This document shows, piece by piece, positions 38,739 through 48,892 of a stretch of DNA of 64,000 bases (its first letter is position 1; the number at the start of each line of letters is the position of its first letter). The stretch spans positions 75,370 through 139,369 of the forward strand of contig CAZTUA010000027.1 of the NCBI GenBank assembly GCA_964616545.1. The letters run 5' to 3'. The notes beneath the pieces were generated by a model. It worked only from the letters and a program-made list of their open reading frames with translations. It was not told the origin of the DNA and did no database searches. Made by a program: the position numbers and the translations under genes. The DNA is from an uncultured Actinomycetota bacterium (GTDB lineage Bacteria > Actinomycetota > Humimicrobiia > Humimicrobiales > Humimicrobiaceae).

Positions 38739-40883
38739 TCAAATAAAAAGCTTTCCTATCTGAAAAACCAGAAAAGATACCGTCCAGGCGAGAAGCAGAG
38801 TATATCCCATCTGGAACAACATTTCTTTTGTTCCTGCTTCTTTTCTAAATACAGCCATAGCAGCCAGACATGGGAAATACAGCAGGGTAAATAACATAAA
38901 GTTATACCCTACAAGCGGAGTATAATTTTTACTCAGAGCTGTTTTTAAAGGAGCAGACTCCTCGTCTCCTTCTTCTATGCTGTACAGCGTACCCATTGTT
39001 GAAATAATTACTTCCTTTGCGGCAATTCCCGAAACAGTTGCCACTACCATTTTCCAGTCAAAACCAAGCGGCCTGAAAACCGGTTCAAGAAAATGCCCGA
39101 TTCTTCCCGCAGCCGAATAGCCAATACTTTCTCCGGCAATTTTTGCCTCTACTTCAGATATATTATTATTATACTCATCAACTGTTATTTCGTTAGACTG
39201 ATACAGCGATTCAATTTCTCCAATTTCAGCTTCATAATCCTGCGAATAGTTATCTCCTATCATCGGAAAGGTAAAGAGTATCCACATAAGTACAGAAATG
39301 GCAAGGATTACGGTTCCGGCTTTTTTAATGTACTCCCATACTCTTTCCCATGTATGAATCAGCACTCCCTTAATTGTCGGTATTCGGTATGCAGGCAATT
39401 CCATAACAAACGGTTCCGACTCTCCTCTGAATCTTGTTGCACGCAGCACTTTAGCCATAACAATGGCCGCCAGTACACCTATTAAGTAAATCGAGAATAT
39501 AACATTTCCCGCTATTGCAGGGAAAAATGCCCCGGCAAACAGTATGTACACCGGAAGGCGCGCCCCGCAGCTCATAAAAGTATTTATATGCATGGTAACC
39601 AGGCGGTCCTGCTTATTCTCAAGGATTCTCGAACCCATATAGGCAGGAACGGTACAGCCAAAACCAATAACCAGAGGTATGAATGATTTTCCATGAAGGC
39701 CTATTTTGTGCATTATCCTGTCCATTACAAATGCAGCTCTTGCCATATAACCGGAGTCTTCAAGGACAGCTATGGCAAAAAACAGCAGTATTATATTCGG
39801 AGTAAAGGTTATTACTCCGCCTACGCCCCCTATAATTCCATCTACCAGAAGTGACCTTATCAGGTCCTGCTGAATAACATTTGAAATTAAGCCGCTTAAT
39901 TTATCAAAACCTGTTTCCAGCCATCCAACCGGATATTTTCCCAGGCTGAAAACCATCTGAAACATGAGCCACATTATGAATAAAAATATCGGTATTCCAA
40001 ATATCCTGTTTGTAAGTATCCTGTCGATCCTCTCGGTTTTATCTAATTTTTCCGGTTCTATCTCCTTATATGACTCAAGAAGCGCTCCTTTTATAAATCC
40101 GTATCTTGCATCGGCTATTATTACTTCAGGAGTGTCCCTTACTATACTTTTTATATGATTTATTGAGTTATCAACTGTTTTTTTAACTTCCTGGTACTTC
40201 TGCTCTGCTTCTTTTTTTATTAAATTGATTATCTCTTCATCCTGTTCAAGAAGCTTCACCGCAATCCATCTAAGGCTGAAATTGAAAGTCGGTATTTCTT
40301 CTCTTTCCAGAATGGATATGATATTAAAAATCTCGTTTTCTATTTCTTCGCCGTATTTAACCTCTGCTTTCTTTTCTTTCACACTATTTACCAGATCAAT
40401 TACAGCTTCCAGAATCTTTTCTTTTCCTATTCCTTTGGAACCTACAGTTTCTACAATAGGCAGCCCCAGGAGCCTGGAAAGCATTTCAATGTCGATTTCC
40501 TTACCGATTTTTTTGGCTATGTCGGACATATTAAATGCCAGAATAAGAGGTGCATCCAGTTCTATTAGCTGGACAGCAAGATAGAGATTGCGCTCAAGGT
40601 TCGATGAGTCAACGATATCAACAACTACATCAGGTTTCTCATTGACGATAAAATTTCTGGTTACAATTTCTTCCTGGGAATAAGCAGTAAGACTGTATGT
40701 TCCGGGAAGATCGACCACATTTATGCGGTATCCTTTATATTCAACTACACCCGTCTTTTTTTCTACGGTAACCCCCGGGTAGTTACCCACATGCTGCCTC
40801 ATACCGGTTAAACTATTGAAGATTGTTGTTTTACCGGAATTGGGATTGCCAGAAAGAGCGATGGTTATTTCTTTTTTACTCAC
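38739..40883 (-). CDS. feoB: ferrous iron transporter FeoB
   Basis: N-terminal G-protein domain (GNPNSGKTT, DLPG) and C-terminal gate/transmembrane domains. Confidence 0.9.
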   Translation of the reverse strand: MSKKEITIALSGNPNSGKTTIFNSLTGMRQHVGNYPGVTVEKKTGVVEYKGYRINVVDLPGTYSLTAYSQEEIVTRNFIVNEKPDVVVDIVDSSNLERNLYLAVQLIELDAPLILAFNMSDIAKKIGKEIDIEMLSRLLGLPIVETVGSKGIGKEKILEAVIDLVNSVKEKKAEVKYGEEIENEIFNIISILEREEIPTFNFSLRWIAVKLLEQDEEIINLIKKEAEQKYQEVKKTVDNSINHIKSIVRDTPEVIIADARYGFIKGALLESYKEIEPEKLDKTERIDRILTNRIFGIPIFLFIMWLMFQMVFSLGKYPVGWLETGFDKLSGLISNVIQQDLIRSLLVDGIIGGVGGVITFTPNIILLFFAIAVLEDSGYMARAAFVMDRIMHKIGLHGKSFIPLVIGFGCTVPAYMGSRILENKQDRLVTMHINTFMSCGARLPVYILFAGAFFPAIAGNVIFSIYLIGVLAAIVMAKVLRATRFRGESEPFVMELPAYRIPTIKGVLIHTWERVWEYIKKAGTVILAISVLMWILFTFPMIGDNYSQDYEAEIGEIESLYQSNEITVDEYNNNISEVEAKIAGESIGYSAAGRIGHFLEPVFRPLGFDWKMVVATVSGIAAKEVIISTMGTLYSIEEGDEESAPLKTALSKNYTPLVGYNFMLFTLLYFPCLAAMAVFRKEAGTKEMLFQMGYTLLLAWTVSFLVFQIGKLFI

Positions 40884-41098
40884 TGCGCCTCCTCGACCTG
40901 AATTCTTTCTGCCATTCCTCTTCCAATCGCAAACTTGGTACCCTTAATAACAACGCATCTCGGCCCGCCTCTTGATGCGCCTGAGACATAGAATACTTCA
41001 CCGGGAACGAACCCCATAGCGCACATCCTTGAGTTGAGTCTGTAGCCTCCGTCAATCCTTATCACTCTATATTGTTTACCGGGAACAGCATCTGCCAT
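40880..41098 (-). CDS. feoA: ferrous iron transport protein FeoA
   Basis: SH3-like FeoA motif (VPGKQYRVIRIDGG...GFVPGEV). Start taken at MADAVPGK; a 31-codon R-rich upstream extension is judged unlikely. 4-bp overlap with feoB. Confidence 0.65.
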   Translation of the reverse strand: MADAVPGKQYRVIRIDGGYRLNSRMCAMGFVPGEVFYVSGASRGGPRCVVIKGTKFAIGRGMAERIQVEEAQ

Positions 41099-41311
41099 AC
41101 TAAAGTAATTTTTACCGGATGCAGGTACCCTTGCAGTCCCTGCAAATCTTCCAGGTCCCGCTGCTCTTCTTCTAAAGCCCCATCTTCTCATTTTAACCAG
41201 CCTTGCATTTTAATTTTCTTTAATAAATTTATATGTATTATCAATTTTACCCTTACCCTTATTATCCTCTAAAATTTTTCCATTTAAATTCCGGCTAAAT
41301 AATTTATACAG

Positions 41312-41776
41312 CTATTTCTTATCGTTACAGCTCTCCGGATGACTTCCATACTTTGCATAATAATTAAAATTTTTAAGCCACTGCGGATATCCTTCCGGAC
41401 AGGTATCCACAAACCTGCTGAATTTTACCATCTTTGTCATTGCTTCCCTGCTTATATAATGCTCCATGTTACAGGCGTCCTTTTTTGACACAGATTTGCT
41501 GACCCCCAGAATTTCATTAAGAAACTTATAAATTTGTTCATGTTTACCATATACTTCTCGTGCAAGTTTCTGGCCATCTTCAGTTAATTCCAGATACCCA
41601 TATTTTTCATGAACTACAAGTCCTTTTTTGGAAAGCTTTGCTACTGCATCAACAACAGACGGTGTTTTTACATCAAGAAATTCTGCAACATCCTTAACTC
41701 TCACAACCCTGCTGTTAAGCCCTATTACATACATTGCCTCTAAATAATCTTCCAGACTCTGTGATAATCTTTTCAC
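41312..41776 (-). CDS. DtxR/MntR-family metal-dependent transcriptional regulator
   Basis: N-terminal winged HTH (EDYLEAMY...VAKLSKKGLV) and metal-binding/dimerisation domain. GTG start. Confidence 0.8.
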   Translation of the reverse strand: MKRLSQSLEDYLEAMYVIGLNSRVVRVKDVAEFLDVKTPSVVDAVAKLSKKGLVVHEKYGYLELTEDGQKLAREVYGKHEQIYKFLNEILGVSKSVSKKDACNMEHYISREAMTKMVKFSRFVDTCPEGYPQWLKNFNYYAKYGSHPESCNDKK

Positions 41777-41808
41777 GCACTCACCATTTATTGACTCATC
41801 TAATAATG

Positions 41809-41850
41809 TTAGTCATGGCTAACTATAAAATAAAAAAAAGCTTTTGTCAA
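41809..41850 (-). promoter_or_regulatory. putative sigma-A promoter (-35 TTGACA at 41850..41845, -10 TATAGT at 41827..41822) abutting a 14-bp near-palindrome TTAGTCATGGCTAA (41809..41822), candidate DtxR-family operator
   Basis: Seen in sequence. 17-nt spacer between boxes. The palindrome has TTAG/CTAA half-sites like DtxR/IdeR-type boxes but with a 6-nt spacer. Confidence 0.35.
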
Positions 41851-41913
41851 ATATTTAAAGGAATTTTTTTTAACATAGCAGTCTGAGTTATGCCGCCCGG
41901 AAAATGCCTTTTA

Positions 41914-42921
41914 TTATGCAACCACCATATTTCTGCCTCCAGCTTTTGCTCTGTACAGTGCATCATCGGCGTGTTTTAGAAGGTCTTCGTTTTTAGTTGC
42001 ATCAAATGGAAAATTGGCAACTCCCACGCTTATTGTGAGGACGCTGCGGGGTTTTATAATTTCTTCCCCTTCAAACTTACTTTTAACCACGACTTCGCGT
42101 AACCTTTCAGCAAAAATTCTGGCGTTTTCCTTATTGGTCTCGCTGCAGATAACAGAAAATTCTTCCCCGCCATAACGGTATACCCTATCGGTATTTCTTT
42201 TGTTCTCCAGAAAAATTTTTCCTATTTTCCTTAAAACCATATCTCCCATCTGGTGGCCGTGGACATCATTATATTTTTTAAAAAAGTCAATGTCTATCAT
42301 CAAAAGCGACATGCTCCTGGCATACCTTATGGCTTCATTTAATGTGTCCCTTAAGTCTATGTCAAACTTTCTCCTGTTAAAAACACCTGTCAGCTCATCC
42401 ACCAGCGTTAATTTTTTTATTTTTTCATAATTCAGCGCTCTCTCTATGGCAACTGAAATTTCATGAGCCAGTATGTTTAAAAAATATTCATGTCTATCTG
42501 AAAAGGCGTTTGTCTTTTTTGAATCAATATAGATAATTCCTTTTACTTCATCCTTAACTATAATGGGTATGCATATCATGGAAGTTGTTTTTTCTCCTTT
42601 AGGAATGCTGTACTTAAAATATGAGCTCTCTATGTTGCCGATGAAAAGCTTGTTTTTTGTGGATAATATATACTTTACAAGCGGCATTTCTTTGTGAAAC
42701 TCTACCTGCCTGATGCTATTCCCAAATCCGATTTCACTTTGAAGTTTGACCCTGTCGCCATCTATAAGGATTATGGCGCATCCGTTACAATTAATCACTT
42801 TAAAGACCCTGTCAACAATTAAGTCGCATACCTTTTTTAATTCCAGCTCTGAACCAATAGAGCTTGCTATTCCGTAGATGGCCTTTAGTATTTTCAGGTC
42901 AATGCTGTCTTTATTATCCAT
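41914..42921 (-). CDS. GAF domain-containing diguanylate cyclase (GGDEF; active-site GGEEF)
   Basis: N-terminal GAF-like region; C-terminal GGDEF with RYGGEEF and the usual flanking D residues. Confidence 0.85.
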   Translation of the reverse strand: MDNKDSIDLKILKAIYGIASSIGSELELKKVCDLIVDRVFKVINCNGCAIILIDGDRVKLQSEIGFGNSIRQVEFHKEMPLVKYILSTKNKLFIGNIESSYFKYSIPKGEKTTSMICIPIIVKDEVKGIIYIDSKKTNAFSDRHEYFLNILAHEISVAIERALNYEKIKKLTLVDELTGVFNRRKFDIDLRDTLNEAIRYARSMSLLMIDIDFFKKYNDVHGHQMGDMVLRKIGKIFLENKRNTDRVYRYGGEEFSVICSETNKENARIFAERLREVVVKSKFEGEEIIKPRSVLTISVGVANFPFDATKNEDLLKHADDALYRAKAGGRNMVVA

Positions 42922-43039
42922 TACTCATTTAAAAAATAAATATTGCAGTCCGTTATTTCAAAATATTAATTTAAACAGATGTTTTCACCCAGAATCTTCT
43001 ATTTATTATAAATCTTTAAAATTATTTATTCTACTTTTT

Positions 43040-44400
43040 TAATGCTTATACCGGAAAGACATGGTCAGACGGAAAATTTATTAGGGAGAATCTAAACCAA
43101 TTCCAGGATGTTGCCATACTGCAGCCGATACCGTCAAGTCTTTTGTGTAAATTCTTTTACTGGCTTATCCTTCCATACTTTATTTAAATGGGACATGACC
43201 CCATAGATAATTCTTGAGCAACTTTTATCATTCTCAAAACAACTAATAGGCCTTGTTCTTCTTCTAACCTCCCTAAAGGATCTTTCTATTGCATTGGTGG
43301 TTCTTATCTTTTTCCAGGCAGGCCTGGGGTAATCAAAAAAGGTAAGCATGCTTTCAATATCTTTAGAAAGACATTCTACCGCCTTCGGGTAAATATTCTT
43401 GTAGCCGGCTACCCAGTTTCTGTATATGGCAGTAGCGGATTTCTTATTTTCTGCAAGGTAGATCTTTTTTGCTTCAAAAAGACAGGTAGGATGTGCTTTC
43501 TTTGGTAGTTTTGATGCAATATTTCTGAGCTTGTGCACCCAGCATCTCTGGATAGGGGTAAATGGATATACAGTATTAACTGCCAGCATTAAAGCCCTGT
43601 TTCCGTCAATGGTTACAAGGCTGAGATTCTTTCCTTTTAATCCTCTTCTGTATAGATTATCCACAAACATATACCAGCTTTCTTCTGATTCATTTTTAGC
43701 AATTCTAAAGGATATCAGTTCCTTCACACCTTCCTTTGTAACCCCGTAGGCCACAAGTACTGTCTTTTTATTGTTGTTTTCAAGGGATTTTACCCTTAAG
43801 TTTATACCGTCAAAGAAAAGGTAGCTGTATCTATCCTCCAGCGGGCAGGTGTGAAAGGCTCTTACAAGGCCGTCTAAGCTTTTGGCAATATTTGATACAG
43901 TCTGAGCGCTTACCTTTTGTCCTATTACATCTTCTAAGACTTCTCCTATTCTTCTGGTGGATATTCCTGCCAGAAAGCAGTCCTTTATCAGATTAGTAAG
44001 GCTTACCTCTTTTCTTTTGTATTTTTTTATTATTTTGCTTTCAAGTTTTACCAGCCTGTTTCTTGGTACTTTAATATCTTCTATTGTGCCCAGGGTGGTC
44101 TCTAAGTTTCTGTAGTAGTAGCCATTACGGTAATCAATCCTTGCTTTGTATCTTGCATGGCGGGGAGCTTTAAGGGCAATTTCCTGCTCTTCGGCAAGGC
44201 ATCCTTCTATTAGTTTTTTTAAATATATTTTAGTTTCCAGTTTTAGGTCCCCCCAGATTTCTTCTTCTGTAATCTTTACTTCTCTCCATAATTGAGCTAA
44301 TCTTAGGCTTGAGAGATCTCTCATGGCGTATTCCTTTCTTTTAGTTTTTTACAAAATTATTATTTGAAAGGATACGCCTCTTATTTATTTTTTTAAATTA
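43040..44400 (-). mobile_element. IS256-family insertion sequence (ends approximate; terminal inverted repeats not identified)
   Basis: Transposase gene flanked by AT-rich non-coding sequence. Interrupts the expected ybeY-downstream synteny. Confidence 0.3.
43134..44324 (-). CDS. IS256-family (mutator-type) transposase
   Basis: Transposase_mut signature with DDE residues, 396 aa. Confidence 0.85.
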   Translation of the reverse strand: MRDLSSLRLAQLWREVKITEEEIWGDLKLETKIYLKKLIEGCLAEEQEIALKAPRHARYKARIDYRNGYYYRNLETTLGTIEDIKVPRNRLVKLESKIIKKYKRKEVSLTNLIKDCFLAGISTRRIGEVLEDVIGQKVSAQTVSNIAKSLDGLVRAFHTCPLEDRYSYLFFDGINLRVKSLENNNKKTVLVAYGVTKEGVKELISFRIAKNESEESWYMFVDNLYRRGLKGKNLSLVTIDGNRALMLAVNTVYPFTPIQRCWVHKLRNIASKLPKKAHPTCLFEAKKIYLAENKKSATAIYRNWVAGYKNIYPKAVECLSKDIESMLTFFDYPRPAWKKIRTTNAIERSFREVRRRTRPISCFENDKSCSRIIYGVMSHLNKVWKDKPVKEFTQKT

Positions 44401-44538
44401 TTTTTACACATAAAATTTTACGTTATCTAAATAATTATCCAGGCTGCCGGTTACTGAAAATCTTTTCTATAAAAACATTCAATTAATAGATATTAGATGA
44501 GGTATTTTAGGACGGTGCTATTAAATACCTGTAAAAGA

Positions 44539-45009
44539 TTACAGGCCGAAGGTGCTTTTTACATCTGCAAGCAGGCTATTCTGTATGCTCTCCATATTGA
44601 CTCTGTCCTTTTCTTTCATATGGTCATAATTATATATATGAAGGATACCGTGTATTATAAGCATTATTATCTCCAGAGTAAGATTCCAGTCTTTGCCCTC
44701 AGCGGAAACATTGGACTTTGCAACTTCCGGACATATAAATATTTCACCTATTGTTATAGTGCAGGGACCTTCTCCGGGAGTCAGACTCTCTTTATCTGAA
44801 ATATATGAAAAAGAAAGAACATCAGTTTTGCTGTCCACATTTCTGTATTTTTTATTCAGTTTCCTTATTTCTCCGCTGTCTGAAAAAATGACGTTCAGCT
44901 GGCTCGTGGGATCTTTATCAAATTTGCCTGAGACATATTCAGAGACTTTTTTTATTAAATCCAGGTTAAGCTCTACCCTGCTCTGGATATTAATTAATTC
45001 TATTTTCAC
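44539..45009 (-). CDS. ybeY: rRNA maturation endoribonuclease YbeY
   Basis: HGILHIYNYDH zinc-binding motif. Hairpin CCTGTAA-TCTT-TTACAGG just downstream of the stop. Confidence 0.85.
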   Translation of the reverse strand: MKIELINIQSRVELNLDLIKKVSEYVSGKFDKDPTSQLNVIFSDSGEIRKLNKKYRNVDSKTDVLSFSYISDKESLTPGEGPCTITIGEIFICPEVAKSNVSAEGKDWNLTLEIIMLIIHGILHIYNYDHMKEKDRVNMESIQNSLLADVKSTFGL

Positions 45010-47213
45010 CTGGTCTCATCTCTTCTCTCAAATTCCTCTTTTGTTTTAATTTCTGATTCATCATATGAAATACGCGAGTGGTATATTGATATCAGCCCGT
45101 CAATAATTGTTTTTCTTACCGTATCAATTTCTTTTAAGGTTATGCTGGTTTCGCTTAACTGACCATCCTTTAGCCTATCGTCAAAAATATCATTTACCAT
45201 CTGCTCGATTTTCCTGGGCGTTACTTTTTCAATTGACCTGACTGCTGCTTCTGTTGAATCAGCCAGCATAAGTATTGCAGCTTCTTTGCTCTGGGGTTTT
45301 TTCGCAGGATAACGGAAATGCTCTTTAAGGCCGTTTGAAACACCGTTGCCGTTAGCAGCCATTTCCTTGTCCTTCTGTTTTTTATAAAAATACGTGATTA
45401 TTGAATTTCCATGATGCTGGGAAATAATATTTAAAACTTTCCTTGGAATCTTGTTCTTTCTTGCCAGCTCAAGCCCATCCTTTATATGATTGGATATAAT
45501 ATGCCTGCTCATTGATGGATTTAAACGGTCATGAATATTTTCAATATTGGATTGATTTTCGTAAAAATACTCAGGCCTTTTCATCTTTCCGAGGTCATGA
45601 TATAGAGCAGCTACTTTTACAAGTAATGAATCGGCATCTATTGCTTTTGCCGCATTCTCTGCAAGGTGGCCGACAAGTATACTGTGATTATAAGTACCCG
45701 GTGCCGACATTAAAAGTTTTTTAAGCAGGGGCTGGTCGGTATTAGAAAGTTCCAGAAGGCCCATTGCTGTTACAACATTAAAAGTAGACTCGATAAATGG
45801 CAGGAATCCTATTGCGATAACCGCACAGATAATACCGTTAATTAACCCCAGTACTGTATAGAGAACAATTGTCTCAAGCTGGCCGCCAATCAGGTTAATT
45901 GTTAAAAACAGAAAAGCAAGGATAAGCGAGCTGAAAAATCCTGCTCTCATTACGGCCGAACGCTGGGAGACTTTTGAGACCATATAAGTGGAAAAAATTC
46001 CACCCAGTATGTATGCTATGGTCAGACTGAAATCAAAATCAGTCGCAATGCCTGCAAATATCCCCAGGCAAATCGTCAGCATCATTGCCATCCGTGGATT
46101 AAACAGTATGGTGCTGATGAGCGATGCCGCAATAACAGGGAATAAATAATTCCAGAAATTCAAATGTATTGATGATAAAATTGTAAGGGCTTTTATCAAT
46201 GCTGTAAATATCACTACAAGAAGTGAGTTGATAACCAGTTTTTTCGTATTATTGAATATATTTAAATTAAATTTAAAAATATAAAATCCAAACAGGAACA
46301 GAACTGTTGAAGATATGAAAAAGATATACAGGAGCCTTTTCCAGTTAAATCCCGTCTGGAGCAAGCCCAGCTGGGTTAATACAAGGATATCAGCTTCATT
46401 GACTATTTCCCCTTCAAAAACAATTGTCTGACCCTCAAGTACTGACACTCTGTGAGGAGAAGTATTTAGCCTGGCTTCCATTCTTGCTTTTTCTGTAGCA
46501 ACCGGGTCAAAAACTGCTGTAGCTTTGATATTATTTTCCAGAACACTGGTTATTACGGGGATATGCTCGTCTTTTATATCATCATCTTCCCTGGCAAGAT
46601 TGATGGCCCTATTCTTGGCAATGTCAAGCTCGGTAGGCTTTATCTCTTCCTTCATTACCTCTCTTGCAATATCCTGGCTTCTGGACATAAGCAGGTTGAG
46701 TTCACCTGCTGAAAGACTGAGGGCAAGAGAAATGACCGAATTTGTGTACTGGCCGCCCAGAAGATTATTCATATAATCAATCTTTTCTTCAAAGGTTTTG
46801 TCCTCTTTTTTCTGGACTATCCCGGTTAAAAGATAGAAATACCTTACCTGGTAAAGTGCTCCCTCTTCACCGCTTAATACATCTATATCGTAGACATATA
46901 TGTCTTCTACCTCTGCTTCATTTTTATTCCTGTCTTCTTCGGTTTTTTCAACATCCTCAAATTCAATGTTCCTGGTTGCCTTAACAGTCCGCGGGCTGGG
47001 TTTCCCGAGTTCTATCCCTATATCCGGAGCATAATTATATGAAAGGCTGACAACTACCAGGCCAAGTGTCATAATGAATATATAAATTCTCTGGGCAATC
47101 TTGCTTCTAAATGAAAAATACCTGACTATAAAATTCTTCAGCCTGCCAGGTTTGCTATTTCCATTTTCCTTAAATTCTTTATTTTTTTTATTTCTGGCTA
47201 TCATTTTAATCAC
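45006..47213 (-). CDS. pgpH: 7TM receptor with intracellular HD hydrolase (YqfF/PgpH family; c-di-AMP phosphodiesterase-type)
   Basis: N-terminal extracellular region, 7 TM helices, and C-terminal HD domain (HD...LYHDLGK). Confidence 0.8.
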   Translation of the reverse strand: MIKMIARNKKNKEFKENGNSKPGRLKNFIVRYFSFRSKIAQRIYIFIMTLGLVVVSLSYNYAPDIGIELGKPSPRTVKATRNIEFEDVEKTEEDRNKNEAEVEDIYVYDIDVLSGEEGALYQVRYFYLLTGIVQKKEDKTFEEKIDYMNNLLGGQYTNSVISLALSLSAGELNLLMSRSQDIAREVMKEEIKPTELDIAKNRAINLAREDDDIKDEHIPVITSVLENNIKATAVFDPVATEKARMEARLNTSPHRVSVLEGQTIVFEGEIVNEADILVLTQLGLLQTGFNWKRLLYIFFISSTVLFLFGFYIFKFNLNIFNNTKKLVINSLLVVIFTALIKALTILSSIHLNFWNYLFPVIAASLISTILFNPRMAMMLTICLGIFAGIATDFDFSLTIAYILGGIFSTYMVSKVSQRSAVMRAGFFSSLILAFLFLTINLIGGQLETIVLYTVLGLINGIICAVIAIGFLPFIESTFNVVTAMGLLELSNTDQPLLKKLLMSAPGTYNHSILVGHLAENAAKAIDADSLLVKVAALYHDLGKMKRPEYFYENQSNIENIHDRLNPSMSRHIISNHIKDGLELARKNKIPRKVLNIISQHHGNSIITYFYKKQKDKEMAANGNGVSNGLKEHFRYPAKKPQSKEAAILMLADSTEAAVRSIEKVTPRKIEQMVNDIFDDRLKDGQLSETSITLKEIDTVRKTIIDGLISIYHSRISYDESEIKTKEEFERRDETR

Positions 47214-47299
47214 ATATAAAATATATTTATTATCTCTATTATATCTACCTGATTATTTCTTTCTGCTACTTTTTATATTCTATTTATTCCTCCATTTAA

Positions 47300-48271
47300 T
47301 TACTTCTTATTTTTTTCACCATACACTTTATAAGCATCTACTATTTTCTGCACCAGCTCATGCCTCACCACATCTTTTGAGGTAAGATATACAAATTCTA
47401 TTCCGTTTATTCCTTTTAAAATCTTTTCCACCATAATCAGCCCTGAAACCCTGTCCTGGGGAAGGTCAATTTGTGTAATATCTCCGGTTACGACTATTTT
47501 TGAGCCGAATCCAAGTCTTGTAAGAAACATCTTCATCTGCTCGGGAGATGCATTCTGTGCCTCATCAAGGATAATAAAGGAATCATTTAAAGTCCTGCCC
47601 CTCATATAAGCAAGCGGGACTACTTCAATTATTCCCATATCTCTGTACTGCTGGAATTTTTCCACATCCAGCATCTCATAAAGAGCATCATAAAGCGGAC
47701 GTAGATAAGGATTTACCTTATCATAAATATCACCGGGTAAGAATCCGAGCTTTTCTCCTGCTTCAACCACCGGTTTTATTAAAATAATGCGCCCTACCTT
47801 ATCCTCTTTTAATGCTTCAACGGCAAGGGCCAGCGCCAGGTAGGTTTTCCCCGTCCCTGCCGGACCTATTCCGAATACAATTGTATTTTCCTGAATTGCT
47901 TCAATATATTTCTTCTGGCCTATTGTTCTCGGTTTAATTTTTTTACCGCTGTTTACAACTATGCTGCTCTTAAATACTTCATGAGGCTGCAGGTTTGATT
48001 TATCTTCCATAATCTTTATTGAATCACTTATCTTCTGGGAATTCAATTTCTGGCCAAGGTTTATCTGCAGCGCCAGCTCTTCAATTAACCTTGCTACTTC
48101 TTTTACGTTTTTACTTTTTCCAGTTATCTCAAGGTCATTTCCGAGTACAAAAACCTCCACATTATATTTTCTCTCAATCACGCGCAGCATCTCATCCCTG
48201 CTTCCAATAAGCTCTACCATTGAATGCCCGCCCTTAAAATCAATACTTAATTTTTGTTTTACCGAAGACAA
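47300..48271 (-). CDS. phoH: PhoH family ATPase
   Basis: Walker A GPAGTGKT, with KH-like N-terminal region. Confidence 0.85.
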   Translation of the reverse strand: MSSVKQKLSIDFKGGHSMVELIGSRDEMLRVIERKYNVEVFVLGNDLEITGKSKNVKEVARLIEELALQINLGQKLNSQKISDSIKIMEDKSNLQPHEVFKSSIVVNSGKKIKPRTIGQKKYIEAIQENTIVFGIGPAGTGKTYLALALAVEALKEDKVGRIILIKPVVEAGEKLGFLPGDIYDKVNPYLRPLYDALYEMLDVEKFQQYRDMGIIEVVPLAYMRGRTLNDSFIILDEAQNASPEQMKMFLTRLGFGSKIVVTGDITQIDLPQDRVSGLIMVEKILKGINGIEFVYLTSKDVVRHELVQKIVDAYKVYGEKNKK

Positions 48272-48366
48272 AATAAACTCCTTTTAGAAGATTTCTTTTT
48301 TTGTAATTATAAATATACAGGAAGTTACATATTACAGAAACTATTATAGTAGAAAATATAAAATTT

Positions 48367-48711
48367 TTAGCCTGGAGGCCAGTTAAATTTTCTTTTTCCC
48401 ATTATGTGAAAATGCAGATGATTTACGCTCTGCCCTGCACCGGTACCTGTATTGGTTACTACTCTGAAACCTTCCCCGTCAAGTCCCATTTCAAGTGCGA
48501 CCTTAGTGATTGCTTCCAGTAACTCTTTTATTATTCCAGAGTCCAGCTTTTCTATTTCCAGTATTGAGCTAACATGTTTTTTGGGAACAGCCAGAAGATG
48601 CACCGGTGCCACTGGCGATATATCTTTAAATATTAAAATATTATCATTTTCAAATACTATATTACTTTTAATTTCCTTATTTATAATTTTGCAAAAAAGA
48701 CAATCTTCCAT
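48367..48711 (-). CDS. HIT family (histidine triad) nucleotide hydrolase
   Basis: HLHFHIMG histidine triad. Confidence 0.8.
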   Translation of the reverse strand: MEDCLFCKIINKEIKSNIVFENDNILIFKDISPVAPVHLLAVPKKHVSSILEIEKLDSGIIKELLEAITKVALEMGLDGEGFRVVTNTGTGAGQSVNHLHFHIMGKRKFNWPPG

Positions 48712-48892
48712 TTTATTTTTATATCCTTCTATTTACAGAATCCTTTTTTAAAATTCTATATTTTATATTTTTATAAAATTGCTTTTATACTTTTTTACAA
48801 CCAATCCTATTCTAAAGGGGAGATTATACTATTTTTTTAAATTTTTACAACTTATATAAATTTTAAAAAATATAAATAAATTTCTTAAAATT

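Noticed and set aside
41099-41191. 31-codon N-terminal extension of feoA (MRRWGFRRRAAGPGRFAGTARVPASGKNYFS)
   Set aside because: FeoA proteins are about 75 aa and begin close to the VPGKQY motif. The extension is arginine-rich with no family resemblance. The weak RBS for the short form is noted, so the true start is uncertain.
43040-44400. Terminal inverted repeats and target-site duplication of the IS256-family element
   Set aside because: Comparison of both flanks by eye gave only weak, AT-rich coincidences, so no boundaries are asserted.
44497-44799. Plus-strand 100-aa ORF across the IS/ybeY junction
   Set aside because: It overlaps the well-supported ybeY on the opposite strand and is low-complexity.
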